Of a DNA stretch of 64,000 nt, positions 38,837 through 52,438 are shown one piece after another. This stretch comes from an uncultured Spartobacteria bacterium (GTDB taxonomy: Bacteria; Verrucomicrobiota; Verrucomicrobiia; Chthoniobacterales; JAATET01): assembly GCA_937901895.1 (NCBI GenBank), contig CALGTD010000138.1, forward strand, positions 47,679-111,678. Reading direction: 5' to 3'. How positions within the stretch are numbered: the first letter of the stretch is position 1; every line of letters begins with the position of its first letter. A program made the position numbers and the translations under genes. The notes beneath the pieces are model-generated. The model ran no database searches. It saw only the letters and a list, made by a program, of their open reading frames with translations, and was not told where the DNA came from.

Positions 38837-40330
38837 ATGCGCCGCCCTTTTTTCCTGCTGCACCTTTCCGCTCTGCTCCTCGCCGGGGCGGCACCGTCTT
38901 CTGCGCAAACCTTTGTGCCTGCTCCGATGCCGGCTTTGTTGAGGAAGGCGGGCCTTCCTCCCACGGTGCGCTTCGGTTACGTCACTGTCCCCGCGAACCG
39001 GGCGATGAATAATGGACAGAAGATCCAGATCGCGGTGGCGATCCTTCCCGCGAGGGAATCGCCGAAGAAGCCGGACCCGATCTTCTTTCTGCAGGGCGGA
39101 CCGGGAGGGGCCGCCACCTTGGTGGCTGGGGATCCCGTGTATTCTCTGCTCTCCAGGGATCGCGATGTCGTCTTCATTGACCAGCGGGGGTGCGGGTTCT
39201 CGCGACCGTTTCTGGGTGCGGCTTCCAATGATGTGACCGTTCCATTCCGTCCGATCGCTCGTGCCCGGGCCCGCTTCCGCGAGCGTGGAATTCCTCTTGC
39301 GAGCTTCAATACGCCGGAGAATGCAGCGGACGTCGAGGCGGTCCGGAAGGCGCTCGGCTATGGTCAAATCAACCTGTTGGGCAGCTCCTACGGGACGGTG
39401 CTCGCACAGCAGGTGATGAGTGATTTTCCACACAGACTCCGGTCGGTCGTGCTGAGCGGGGTGGTGCCGCTGCGTGGCTGGGACCTTGTGCCCGGCAATC
39501 AGCTTGTGCAGATGGATGGCCTGCGCGGCCTGTTTCGCGACGTGCGACGCACGCGGCGCGATCGGCGTTCGTTTCCGGCCCTCTCCTCGCGGTATAATGA
39601 GGTGATTGCGCGGCTTCTGGAGCGGCCGGTCATCCTCCGTCATCGCAGACAGAAGATCCGGCTCGATGCGTTTTCGTTTCAAAGTGCGCTGATCGTGCTC
39701 CTGCAGACACCGCAAACGGTCCGCTATGTTCCGTTGCTCATCGAGGCCGCGTGGGAAGGACGCTACGAGCAGGTGGGGCCGTATCTTTATCCGCCGATGC
39801 GGCCGGGCGACCGCGGTCTCGCATTCGGGATGTTTCTTTCCGTCGTGTCTCACGATTTCCGGGCGCCGGGAACCCATCGCCATGCGCTGGCACAAGTCGA
39901 TCGACTGCCCAATGGTCCCTTCAAGACGATGACCCGTTACACCGTCGACCGCCTCACCAAGGCGCTCGACCGCTGGCCGGTGGCCTACGATCCGGGCGCG
40001 ATCCGGCCGCCGTTTGGCAGTGCGGTGCCAACTTTGCTCGTGCAGGGAGACATGGATGCGCAGACACCGCCGAAGGGCGGAACGGACGCCGCGCGGCTGC
40101 TTGGTTTGAAGAATGCGTTTGTGATGTCGTTCCCCCGCAGTGGCCACGCGACCGGTCTTTCCGAAGGGCCGGCGTGCGACGCCATTCGTCAGTTTTTTGA
40201 CACGCCGAATCGGCGACCGGTCGTCAATCTGGCCCCGCTTCGGAAACGGCACTTCTACCTCACGAAATTCCCGCAGCGCTCCCGCACGAAGGCGATGCGC
40301 CCGGTGGTTCCCGTGGCCTCGTTGCCTTGA
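38837..40330 (+). CDS. secreted alpha/beta hydrolase (S33/TAP-like peptidase family), copy 1
   Basis: Signal peptide, GGPGG, and nucleophile elbow GSSYGT. About 65% identical to the downstream paralog. Confidence 0.75.
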   Translation: MRRPFFLLHLSALLLAGAAPSSAQTFVPAPMPALLRKAGLPPTVRFGYVTVPANRAMNNGQKIQIAVAILPARESPKKPDPIFFLQGGPGGAATLVAGDPVYSLLSRDRDVVFIDQRGCGFSRPFLGAASNDVTVPFRPIARARARFRERGIPLASFNTPENAADVEAVRKALGYGQINLLGSSYGTVLAQQVMSDFPHRLRSVVLSGVVPLRGWDLVPGNQLVQMDGLRGLFRDVRRTRRDRRSFPALSSRYNEVIARLLERPVILRHRRQKIRLDAFSFQSALIVLLQTPQTVRYVPLLIEAAWEGRYEQVGPYLYPPMRPGDRGLAFGMFLSVVSHDFRAPGTHRHALAQVDRLPNGPFKTMTRYTVDRLTKALDRWPVAYDPGAIRPPFGSAVPTLLVQGDMDAQTPPKGGTDAARLLGLKNAFVMSFPRSGHATGLSEGPACDAIRQFFDTPNRRPVVNLAPLRKRHFYLTKFPQRSRTKAMRPVVPVASLP

Positions 40331-40448
40331 GATTGCACGGAAAGGACGTCCACCCAACTCCCGGTCGATCTTCACCCCAGCGAGGGCGACGACTGGCGGA
40401 GAGTGGTGGCGGCGTTGTCAAAGTGGGCGGACTGGATTAAAGGCACGC

Positions 40449-41948
40449 ATGCTCCGACACCTTCTTTCGCTGCGTGTCTTCGCGGCATTTCTCGTCGGGG
40501 CGGGGCCGGCTCTTGCGCAGACCTTCGTGCCTGCTCCGCTTCCGGCGTTGTTGAGAAGGGTGGGTCTTCCAGATACGGTGCTCTTCGGCTACGTGGCGGT
40601 TCCCGAGAACAGGGGATCGGACAATGGACGGATGATTCAGGTTGCGGTCACCATTCTGCCTGCGACTCAATCGTCGAAGCGACCGGATCCCATTTTCTTT
40701 CTCGAAGGCGGTCCGGGAGGGACGGCGAGCTACCTGCCGCTCTCGCCGACGTTTTCGATCCTGGCGCAGGATCGGGATATCGTGTTCGTGGATCAGCGCG
40801 GATGCGGATTTTCACGGCCGTTTCTTGGCGCGAATTCCAACGACGTCACCGTGCCCTATTCCCCGATCAAGAAGGCGCTCGCGCGGTTTCGCTCCGCCGG
40901 CATTCCGCTGGAGTGCTTCAACACGGCGGAGAATGCCGCCGATATCGAGGCCGTCCGTGTGGCGCTGGGTTACGGCGCGATCAATCTCCTCGGGCACTCG
41001 TATGGCTCGGTGCTCGCGCAGCAGATGATGAGCGACTTTCCGGCGAACCTGCGTTCGGTGGTGCTGAGCGGGGTGGTGCCGTTGCGCGGATGGGATTTCG
41101 TGCCGGGGAACCAGCTCGTGCAGCGCGATGCGTTGAGGGCACTGTTTCGCGATGTGCGTCGCACTCGAAGGGCGCGCGCGACGTTTCCGAATCTCGCGCG
41201 ACATTACGAAGAGGTGGTGGCGAGGCTGCTCGAAAAGCCGGTGATGGTGCCGAGATTCGGACGCCTCGTGCGACTGGATGCCTTTTCCTTCCAGATGGCC
41301 CTGCTTGGGCTCATGCAGGCGCCGAACACCATTTGCGTGGTGCCGCTTTTCATTCAGGCCACGTGGGAGGGCCGCTACGAGGAGATCGGTCGCTTTATTC
41401 CGGACGACCTCTCTCCGGTGAAAAACCGGAGTTTTGCCTTCGGCATGTATCTTTCGGTGATGTCGCGCGATTTTTTCCCGCCCGGGTCTGCGGCAAAAGC
41501 GCGCGCCGCCGCTGATGCGCTGCCGGACAGTGCGTTCAAGGAGATGACACGCGTCACCGTTTCCCGACTCGCCCGGGCGATCAATCGCTGGCCGGTGCGC
41601 TACGATCCGACCGGACTGAAGCCGCCGTTCGGAAGCGCCATCCCGACGCTTCTGCTCCAGGGGGACATGGATGCGCAGACGCCGTCTCGTGGCGGCACGG
41701 ATGCCGCGCGTCTGCTGGGCCTGCGGAACGCTTTTGTCATCAGTGTGCCGCGTAGCGGTCACAGCACCGGTGCCACCCAGGGACCCGCCTTCAACGCGGT
41801 GCGTCGGTTTTTTGCCGAACCGCACCGCAGGCCCGTGGTGAGCTTTGCCTCGTTGCGGCGGCCGAATTTTTATCGCACCCGATTTCCAGTCTCATCCCGG
41901 ATGCGGACGCCCGCGGTGGCGATTCCGCAGCTCCCGACGGGGTTGTAG
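40449..41948 (+). CDS. secreted alpha/beta hydrolase (S33/TAP-like peptidase family), copy 2
   Basis: Signal peptide, GGPGG, and nucleophile elbow GHSYGS. Collinear with copy 1 over its whole length. Confidence 0.8.
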   Translation: MLRHLLSLRVFAAFLVGAGPALAQTFVPAPLPALLRRVGLPDTVLFGYVAVPENRGSDNGRMIQVAVTILPATQSSKRPDPIFFLEGGPGGTASYLPLSPTFSILAQDRDIVFVDQRGCGFSRPFLGANSNDVTVPYSPIKKALARFRSAGIPLECFNTAENAADIEAVRVALGYGAINLLGHSYGSVLAQQMMSDFPANLRSVVLSGVVPLRGWDFVPGNQLVQRDALRALFRDVRRTRRARATFPNLARHYEEVVARLLEKPVMVPRFGRLVRLDAFSFQMALLGLMQAPNTICVVPLFIQATWEGRYEEIGRFIPDDLSPVKNRSFAFGMYLSVMSRDFFPPGSAAKARAAADALPDSAFKEMTRVTVSRLARAINRWPVRYDPTGLKPPFGSAIPTLLLQGDMDAQTPSRGGTDAARLLGLRNAFVISVPRSGHSTGATQGPAFNAVRRFFAEPHRRPVVSFASLRRPNFYRTRFPVSSRMRTPAVAIPQLPTGL

Positions 41949-42045
41949 GTGACAACAACTTGGTCTGATGGGGGGGACGGGGGAGTCCTCGCCGCTACAT
42001 CCTTTCGCAGTGACACGCCGCCTTTCGAAGGCTACGAACCGAGGC

Positions 42046-42324
42046 ATGGCCACCACGGCGAAAGTGCTGCTTTGGGTTTTGGGGATGTTTCTTATTCCGC
42101 CGTTCGTCGGATTTCTCACGGGAGCGGCAAGTAATTGGGCAAACGCCGGTGCATTCGTCGCCTATGGCTTCGTGATGATTGGAATGGCGGTGGGGGCGGC
42201 TGTGAACGTGGCGCGAAGTCCGGCAGCGCGGATTGGCCTGTTTTTTGTTTTTGCGGTCGGAATGCTCTTCCTGCAGTGCGCCGTCTTTTTTGTCGGTTGC
42301 ACGATTCTCGTGTCGGTCGCGTGA
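42046..42324 (+). CDS. small integral membrane protein
   Basis: 92 aa with three predicted transmembrane helices. Its stop overlaps the GTG start of the radical SAM gene (GTGA). Confidence 0.4.
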   Translation: MATTAKVLLWVLGMFLIPPFVGFLTGAASNWANAGAFVAYGFVMIGMAVGAAVNVARSPAARIGLFFVFAVGMLFLQCAVFFVGCTILVSVA

Positions 42325-43697
42325 GCGGAATCGTAATCCCGAATCCTCTGGGCTCGCTGCTCAAGCGCACGCGCAGCCGGTGTGTGGTATGTCATCAGGA
42401 TTGCCCCGCCGAGGTGCGGCGAAAGGCGGAGGATGGCGTCGAGAAGGTCTTTCTCACGCGCTCTTGCCCGATGCATGGCTCGCAGACGACCTGCATCGCG
42501 TCGGACGCGAGGTTCTACTGGCTCGCGCAAGGCAATCCGGACAATGCGTGCTGTGGCCCGGGGGCAGCCTGCTGCGCCTCGACGGGCGAGCCGGCCGGGT
42601 CGCTGGGCAAAAACGCATTGGGGCGGGCTGACGGTCCTTTCGAGAAGCTCTCCACCTGCCTCGCGCTGATCGAGATTGTCGATACCTGCAATCTTGCATG
42701 TCCTGTGTGCTATGCGGATTCGCCGCGCGATCATGCGACCATTGGTGCGAAACCCGTCGACGAACTGCAGGCACGGATCCAGGGCGTGATCGATCGCAAG
42801 GGCGAGATCGACATCCTGCAATTCTCCGGCGGCGAGCCGACGATCCATCCGCAATTCTTCGAGCTGCTCGAGTGGGCACAGTCGCATGCGGGCATTCGGT
42901 ATGTGCTTGTGAATACAAACGGCGTGAAGCTTGCCACGGATGACGAGTTTCTTGCCGGCATGGCGGCGGCGGCTCGGCGACGGGGATTGCAGGTATATCT
43001 TCAATTCGATGGCACTCTCGAGGCGGGGCAGCGGGAGTTGCGGGGAGGGGATCTGCGGGCGATGCGGGAGCGGGCGATTGTGCGTTGTGGCGAGATCGGT
43101 CTGCCGGTCACGCTGGCCATGACCGTGACGCAGGAAAATCTCTCGAACGTGTGGGACACGGCGGAGTTCGGCCTGCGTTTTCCGCAGGTGCGCGGTGTGA
43201 GCTATCAGCCGTTTTTCACGAGTGGGCGACGTGTCGCGCTGGATCCTGGCTACAGACCGCTCACGACGGCCGATGTGCTGCTGGCGCTCATTGCGAACGG
43301 TCCACTAAAGGCGGACGATTTCACGCCGTTGCCATGTGGTGATCCGAACTGCGCGACCATCGGCTACCTGCTGCGCGTGGCGGAGGAGGTGCGGCCCATC
43401 AGCGAGTTTCTCGATTTCCGTGAGCTGCAGGGTTTCCTTCGCGACAAGGTGCGTTACTCGCTGGACGACCTTGTCCAGTGCGGTTGCGAGAACGAGCCGC
43501 TCGGCGAGTTGCTCAAGCAATTCGAACTCGATGAGTCGAATACGTTCCGGCTTTTCGTGAAGCCGTTCATGGATGCGTTCACCTGGGACGAGGATCGCAT
43601 CGACCGCTGTTGCACGCATGTGATCCGCGAGGATGGCCGACTCGACTCGTTTTGCCGCTACTACTCCGGATTCCCGGATACGTGTTGCGCTCCGTGA
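42321..43697 (+). CDS. radical SAM enzyme with an N-terminal Cys/His knuckle and a Cys-rich C-terminal extension
   Basis: CNLACPVCY (CX3CX2C) and FSGGEPT motifs. N-terminal CVVCHQDC...SCPMHG. C-terminal PCGDPNC, VQCGCENE and RCCTH...[15 protein letters not shown]. Confidence 0.8.
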   Translation: MSGIVIPNPLGSLLKRTRSRCVVCHQDCPAEVRRKAEDGVEKVFLTRSCPMHGSQTTCIASDARFYWLAQGNPDNACCGPGAACCASTGEPAGSLGKNALGRADGPFEKLSTCLALIEIVDTCNLACPVCYADSPRDHATIGAKPVDELQARIQGVIDRKGEIDILQFSGGEPTIHPQFFELLEWAQSHAGIRYVLVNTNGVKLATDDEFLAGMAAAARRRGLQVYLQFDGTLEAGQRELRGGDLRAMRERAIVRCGEIGLPVTLAMTVTQENLSNVWDTAEFGLRFPQVRGVSYQPFFTSGRRVALDPGYRPLTTADVLLALIANGPLKADDFTPLPCGDPNCATIGYLLRVAEEVRPISEFLDFRELQGFLRDKVRYSLDDLVQCGCENEPLGELLKQFELDESNTFRLFVKPFMDAFTWDEDRIDRCCTHVIREDGRLDSFCRYYSGFPDTCCAP

Positions 43698-44381
43698 ACC
43701 TGCCGCCGCTCTATGCGCTGACGATGCTCGGCGCGATTACCCTCGCCGGCATTTTCTGGTGGCGGCTTGCGCGGCGCGATGGGCGATTGTTTTTTCTCTA
43801 CCTGATCGCGCTCTTCGGCGCGTTGGCCGGTGCAAAACTGGGCTGGTTCATCGCGGAGGGGTGGCGCGAAATCGGCCATCCGCAATTTCTGATCGCCCTC
43901 GCAACCGGCAAGACGATTGTCGGCGGACTGATCGGAGGTTACCTGGCGGTGGAATGGGGCAAGCGGGCGCTGGGATTCTCCGGGGTTACCGGAGACTGGT
44001 TCGCCATGGTCGTTCCGCTGGGCATTGCACTTGGCCGTGTGGGCTGCCTCGTGCAGGGCTGCTGCGGTGGGATGCCATGGAACGGCTGGTGTGCCGTCGT
44101 GGACGCGCAGGGCATGGCGCGTTGGCCGTCCGCCGAAATGGAACTGGCGTTCAACCTCCTCGCGGCGTTGACATTTTTCCTGATGCGCAGGGGCAGGCTG
44201 CTACGGGGTCAGCATTTTCACATATACCTGATGGCATACGGCCTTTTCCGCTTCTTCCACGAATTCGTTCGCGATACGCAGCGAGAGATTGGAGTCTTCT
44301 CAGGCTATCAACTGCTCGCGCTCCTTTGCTTTGCCGTTGGCGTGGTTGGATTCGTGAGACGCGCGAATGGACAGCGCGGAA

Positions 44382-44398
<17 letters not shown>
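43694..44398 (+). CDS. prolipoprotein diacylglyceryl transferase (Lgt)-like membrane protein
   Basis: Seven predicted transmembrane helices and the Lgt-like signature region [20 protein letters not shown] start overlaps the radical SAM stop (GTGA). Confidence 0.6.
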
Positions 44399-48083
<3,685 letters not shown>

Positions 48084-48097
48084 TGCAACGTCAAGGT

Positions 48098-48134
48098 GAA
48101 CGAATCAAAACATATTGATATGTTAATTCGTTTC
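48098..48134. promoter_or_regulatory. AT-rich imperfect palindrome with a perfect core AACATAT-TG-ATATGTT
   Basis: GAACGAATCAAAACATATTGATATGTTAATTCGTTTC. It fills most of the 61-bp gap between the CPA2 gene stop and the metH start, and is strikingly AT-rich for a ~65% GC genome. Confidence 0.4.
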
Positions 48135-48144
48135 AAGTCAGCGG

Positions 48145-49872
48145 TTAAATGTCCGCGTCACCAAAGAGTTCGCGGCGGACACGTTCGCGCTCGCGATCCA
48201 CGTGGTCGAAGGTTGCGCCAAGGGAACGGAGCACGAATTCGGTCATGGTAAGCGCGACCTCGCCCTCGGCGGTCACGACGCGATGGGCTCCCGCGCGGTC
48301 GAGATGGGGGGCTTCGTTGAGGTAGTTTGCACGGGCGAGGATGCGAATATCGGGGTTGAGCTCCCGCGCGATGCGGATGGCCTGGTCAACTTCCGAGATG
48401 CTCGAAGCCGTGAAGATGAGGGCCTCGGCGGTGGCAACACCGGCGGAGGTGAGCGTTTCGCGGCGGGAGGCCTCGCCGTAGATGGCGTGCTCGCCGTTCT
48501 TCCGCAGTGCGCGCACCGTGTCGACGTTCATCTCGATGATGACGGGACGGATGTCATTGCGGGAAAGGATGCGCTTAACCGTGCGGCCAACGGGGCCGTA
48601 GCCCACCACGATGGCGTGGTGCTCGTCGTCTCCATCGGGGATTTCCGGTCCGTCGGGAAGCGGCTCGGTGGGATTGAGAAAATGGTCGATCGACGGGTGC
48701 TTTTTCACCCAACGGCCCATGGCCGGAATCGCCTTGTAGAACAGCGGATTGAGGGTGATCGAGATGATGGACGCGCTGACCAGGATGTTCTGAGCGCCAT
48801 CGGGTAGCATGTTCAGGCTGCCGGCGAGACTTGCGAGAATGAAGGAAAATTCGCCGATCTGAGCGAGGGCGACGGAGACGCCGATGGCGACGTGAAACGG
48901 GTAGCCAAGCACCCGGACCACCACCAGGGCTGCGATGGGTTTGCCGATCAGGATCACCGCCGTGGCGACCGTGATGACCAACCAATCCTGTGCGAGGCGC
49001 GACGGGTCGAAAAGCATGCCGACCGAGACGAAAAACAAAACGGCGAACGCATCGCGGAACGGCAGCGCCTCGGTGGCTGCGCGATTGCTGAACTCCGACT
49101 GTCCGACGACCATGCCGGCAAGGAAGGCGCCGAGAGCCATCGACGCGCCGAAGAATTTCGCCGACCCGACCGCAATGCCCAGCGCGAGCACGAGGATGGT
49201 GAGCGTGAACAGTTCGCGCGAGCCGGTCCGGGCCACATAGGCGAGCACGCGGGGGATCACGTAGCCGCCGAGCAGGAACGTGAGGCCGACAAGGGCGCCG
49301 AGTTTGAGCATGGCGCCGCCGAGCGAAGTGACGAGCGTTGCGCCGGTGGACTCGCCCGCGAGCGAGGGCAGGAGAACGAGTGCGACGACGGTGAAGATAT
49401 CCTCCACGACGAGCCAGCCGATGGCGATGTGGCCGGTGCGTGTGTGAAGTGCTCCGTGGTCGGACAGCACGCGGGTAAGGACCACGGTGCTTGCGACCGA
49501 AATCGCGAGACCAAAGACGATGCCGGCATTCCAGTTCCAGCCGAACAGATGCATGGTCGCGGCACCGAGCGCGGTGGCGACTCCGATCTGGACGATGGCC
49601 CCGGGGATGGCCACACGCCGGACCGCGAGGAGTTCCTTGAGGTGGAACTGAAGACCGACGCCGAACATGAGCAGAATCACTCCAATCTCCGCCATCTGTG
49701 CCGCGAGTTCCGAATTCGCCTCGAATCCCGGTGTGTGCGGACTCACGGCGATGCCTGCGATGAGGTAGCCGACGATCGGTGAAAGCCCCAGACGTGTGGT
49801 GATATAGCCGAAAAGGAGGGCTGCACCGAGGCCGCCTGCGAAAGTCAAAATGAGGTCGATGTGCTCCGGCAT
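48145..49872 (-). CDS. CPA2-family monovalent cation:proton antiporter with a C-terminal TrkA-N (RCK) domain (KefB/YbaL-like)
   Basis: Na+/H+ exchanger-type transmembrane domain plus a Rossmann GYGPVGR motif in the C-terminal RCK domain. Start taken at the internal MPEHIDL. Confidence 0.85.
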   Translation of the reverse strand: MPEHIDLILTFAGGLGAALLFGYITTRLGLSPIVGYLIAGIAVSPHTPGFEANSELAAQMAEIGVILLMFGVGLQFHLKELLAVRRVAIPGAIVQIGVATALGAATMHLFGWNWNAGIVFGLAISVASTVVLTRVLSDHGALHTRTGHIAIGWLVVEDIFTVVALVLLPSLAGESTGATLVTSLGGAMLKLGALVGLTFLLGGYVIPRVLAYVARTGSRELFTLTILVLALGIAVGSAKFFGASMALGAFLAGMVVGQSEFSNRAATEALPFRDAFAVLFFVSVGMLFDPSRLAQDWLVITVATAVILIGKPIAALVVVRVLGYPFHVAIGVSVALAQIGEFSFILASLAGSLNMLPDGAQNILVSASIISITLNPLFYKAIPAMGRWVKKHPSIDHFLNPTEPLPDGPEIPDGDDEHHAIVVGYGPVGRTVKRILSRNDIRPVIIEMNVDTVRALRKNGEHAIYGEASRRETLTSAGVATAEALIFTASSISEVDQAIRIARELNPDIRILARANYLNEAPHLDRAGAHRVVTAEGEVALTMTEFVLRSLGATFDHVDRERERVRRELFGDADI

Positions 49873-49960
49873 GAAGCGCAGAGTTTGCGAGTCAGGAGGC
49901 CCGGTGCGGAAGCACGAACTGGCGAAAAGATCGGGTTGCGGATAGATTCCGACATCCCTC

Positions 49961-51058
49961 ATGAGTCGAATTCGTTTCGAAATTCTTCCGCCGGTGGATC
50001 GACCGGAGGAGCCGGTGTTCGTCTGTGGGAACATTGCGGCGTTGGGGGATTGGAATGCGGAGCGGGCGCTGCCGTTGCGGTGGAACGGAGAGGTGCACGA
50101 AGGGACGATCGAGGCGGAAATCGGGTCCTCGCTGGAATACAAGATTCTGCGTGGCGGGTGGCCTTCGGAGGCGGTCGATGCGTGGGGAAATGTGCCGCCA
50201 AATGCGCGCCACGAGGTGTGGCTGGATGCGACCGTTCACCGGACGGTCGCGGACTGGAAGGATCGCTATGACGGCCGGCTCATGCGGGACCGGACCTACT
50301 CCCGGTCGCTGGCTTCATGGAGGGAGCTGCTGGTATGGCTGCCCTCCTCGTATGCGGCGGAGCCGGACCGGCGGTATCCGGTGCTTTATTTCAACGACGG
50401 GGCGAACGTGTTCGATCCGCAAACGAGTCCGCTTTCGGGCGTGGACCTTGCGGCGGACGAATGGGTGCGCCTGCTTGCGGCGGAGGGCGGGATGCCGGAG
50501 GCGATCATCGTGGGCGTGTGCCATCCGGAGGGGTTGGCTGAGGAATATCTCAGTCTGCGCGAGGTGGATCTTTCCGATGAGCTCGGAGGAATCGCGTATT
50601 CGGAATTTCTTGCGCGCGAGCTCGTCCCCGAGATCGATGCCCGATATCGCACGCAGGCACGGGCAACGGCGCGAATGCTTGGTGGCACGGGACTCGGTGC
50701 GTTGAATGCGCTGGCGACGGCGATCCGGCAACCCGGGGTCTTTGGAAAGATTGCGTGCCTTTCCACGTCGTTTGGAGAACCGCCGGGATCGTGTGGGGAA
50801 CTGGAGGCGCTCGCAGGCGCCTCTGATCTGGATCGCGAAATGCGGTGGTATTTTGACTATGGATCCGTTCCGCCTGACGACCGGCTGGAGTCGAGGCATC
50901 GCGAACTGGCGACGATCCTGATCGGGAAAGGGTGGAGGGAAGGTCGCGGGTTTCGCGTGCTGCGGGTGATTGGCGCCCCGCACGACGAGCGCTCGTGGCG
51001 CTTGCGGCTGGGCGATGCGCTGCGATTCCTCTGGCGCGACTGGAAGCGGACTTCGTGA
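49961..51058 (+). CDS. CBM20-like starch-binding domain fused to a putative esterase (enterochelin-esterase-like alpha/beta hydrolase)
   Basis: N-terminus: FEILPPV...VFVCGNIAALGDWNAERALPL, CBM20-like. C-terminus: esterase-type fold (VLYFNDG...GVCHPE...LGGTGLGA). Confidence 0.6.
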   Translation: MSRIRFEILPPVDRPEEPVFVCGNIAALGDWNAERALPLRWNGEVHEGTIEAEIGSSLEYKILRGGWPSEAVDAWGNVPPNARHEVWLDATVHRTVADWKDRYDGRLMRDRTYSRSLASWRELLVWLPSSYAAEPDRRYPVLYFNDGANVFDPQTSPLSGVDLAADEWVRLLAAEGGMPEAIIVGVCHPEGLAEEYLSLREVDLSDELGGIAYSEFLARELVPEIDARYRTQARATARMLGGTGLGALNALATAIRQPGVFGKIACLSTSFGEPPGSCGELEALAGASDLDREMRWYFDYGSVPPDDRLESRHRELATILIGKGWREGRGFRVLRVIGAPHDERSWRLRLGDALRFLWRDWKRTS

Positions 51059-51080
51059 TCGCGCCGCGGAACCACCAATG

Positions 51081-51662
51081 TCACGCCGGTTGCGGAACGC
51101 GGGGGCGAACGGTGAGACGAATGGCCGCGAGGAACATGACGGTGAAGAGCACGTCTCCGGCAATCGACCATTTGAGGAACGTCCACGTCGGCGGAAACCC
51201 GGGCACGCCCACGGTGAGCGCCTGAACCCAGCCGCCGGCGGTCCTGGCGTAGTCCGGGCTGGCAACCCAGGCGAGCGAGTTCGAGACCAGGTAGAACAGG
51301 AGCGAGTTACCGACGACTGCGGCGAGGGTGAGACCGATCCCGGCGTTCATGCGGCGCAACACCAGACCGCATGCCACGGCGAGCCCGTAGCTGGATGCAC
51401 GCACGAGATCGTCCCAGCCGATGGCGGGGCATCCGTAGAAAAGATTCAGCGCGATGTCGGAAATGACGAGCGCCGCCAGTGGGATGACCATGGCATAGGC
51501 ACCGGGCAGGATGAGCGCTGCGCAAAGTGCGACGGCCATCACGGGCGAGAAGTTTGGCAGATCGGGCAGCAGGGTGACGCGGAAGAGTCGGAAGCCGACT
51601 GCGAAGGCAATGAACGCGATCGCGAGAGCGAATTCCGGACGGCGGTGGATGGGTGTGTTCAT
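51081..51662 (-). CDS. hypothetical polytopic membrane protein
   Basis: Five or six predicted transmembrane helices. Its ATG overlaps the stop of the upstream pseudopilin-like gene (ATGA). Confidence 0.5.
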   Translation of the reverse strand: MNTPIHRRPEFALAIAFIAFAVGFRLFRVTLLPDLPNFSPVMAVALCAALILPGAYAMVIPLAALVISDIALNLFYGCPAIGWDDLVRASSYGLAVACGLVLRRMNAGIGLTLAAVVGNSLLFYLVSNSLAWVASPDYARTAGGWVQALTVGVPGFPPTWTFLKWSIAGDVLFTVMFLAAIRLTVRPRVPQPA

Positions 51663-52438
51663 TTGAGGTATTGGAAGCTGCCCCGCGGAGCGAACCGCCC
51701 GACGTTAGCTTCGGGCATGCGGTTGTCGCGAGTGGATTTGTCCATGGGTAGGAAATCGCAGGAGCCGTCGGCGAACGAGACCATCGCCATGCCGCCGTGG
51801 CGGAAATGGACGGTCTTCTCGCGTTCGTCGATGCCATAAAACTCCTCGAGCATCGGATTGTCGGTGGTGGCCGGCGACTGGAAGGTGTTCACCTGCGCGC
51901 CGGTCGCAAAGACGACGACCTTGCCGGGATTGCTGAGATCCCAGTAGCTCATCGGCTTCTTTTTCGCGGAGGAGGTCCATCCACCGGCAAGCACGACATT
52001 GTAGGCCACACCGAGGTAACCGCTTTCATATTTCGATTTAAAGGCGCGACCCTTGAGGGCGAAGCTGGGATCGGGCTTGAGGCTTTGCGGGATGTAACCG
52101 GCGAGCGGTCCCTGCGAGGGATCAAATCGGCGGCGACCCTCGCCCCGGGATTTGCTTGCGTCGGACTCGAACCCAAACCACCAGCGCGTGCCGGTGGTTG
52201 CGTGCCCGGAGTCATCCACGACCGTGAATCGACTCTCGCAGTAATCCCAAAACCGGTAGTCGTTTTCCGCGAGGTAGGCGGCGGCGCCCGCGGCGAGCTG
52301 GCGGATGTTGTTCGCCGAGGTCGCCAGGCAGGACATCTCGTAGGCTTTCCACCCCGCGCCGGCGAGCATCAGAAACAGCACGGTCAGCACCGCGAGGCAC
52401 GCGATGACCTCCATGAGCGTGTAGCCGCGCCTACGCAT
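51659..52438 (-). CDS. prepilin-type N-terminal cleavage/methylation domain protein of the H-X9-DG (DUF1559) family
   Basis: MRRRGYTLMEVIACLAVLTVLFL, a class-III signal, then the C-terminal HFRHGGMAMVSFADGS (H-X9-DG) typical of the PVC group. RBS GGAGG upstream. Confidence 0.8.
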   Translation of the reverse strand: MRRRGYTLMEVIACLAVLTVLFLMLAGAGWKAYEMSCLATSANNIRQLAAGAAAYLAENDYRFWDYCESRFTVVDDSGHATTGTRWWFGFESDASKSRGEGRRRFDPSQGPLAGYIPQSLKPDPSFALKGRAFKSKYESGYLGVAYNVVLAGGWTSSAKKKPMSYWDLSNPGKVVVFATGAQVNTFQSPATTDNPMLEEFYGIDEREKTVHFRHGGMAMVSFADGSCDFLPMDKSTRDNRMPEANVGRFAPRGSFQYLK

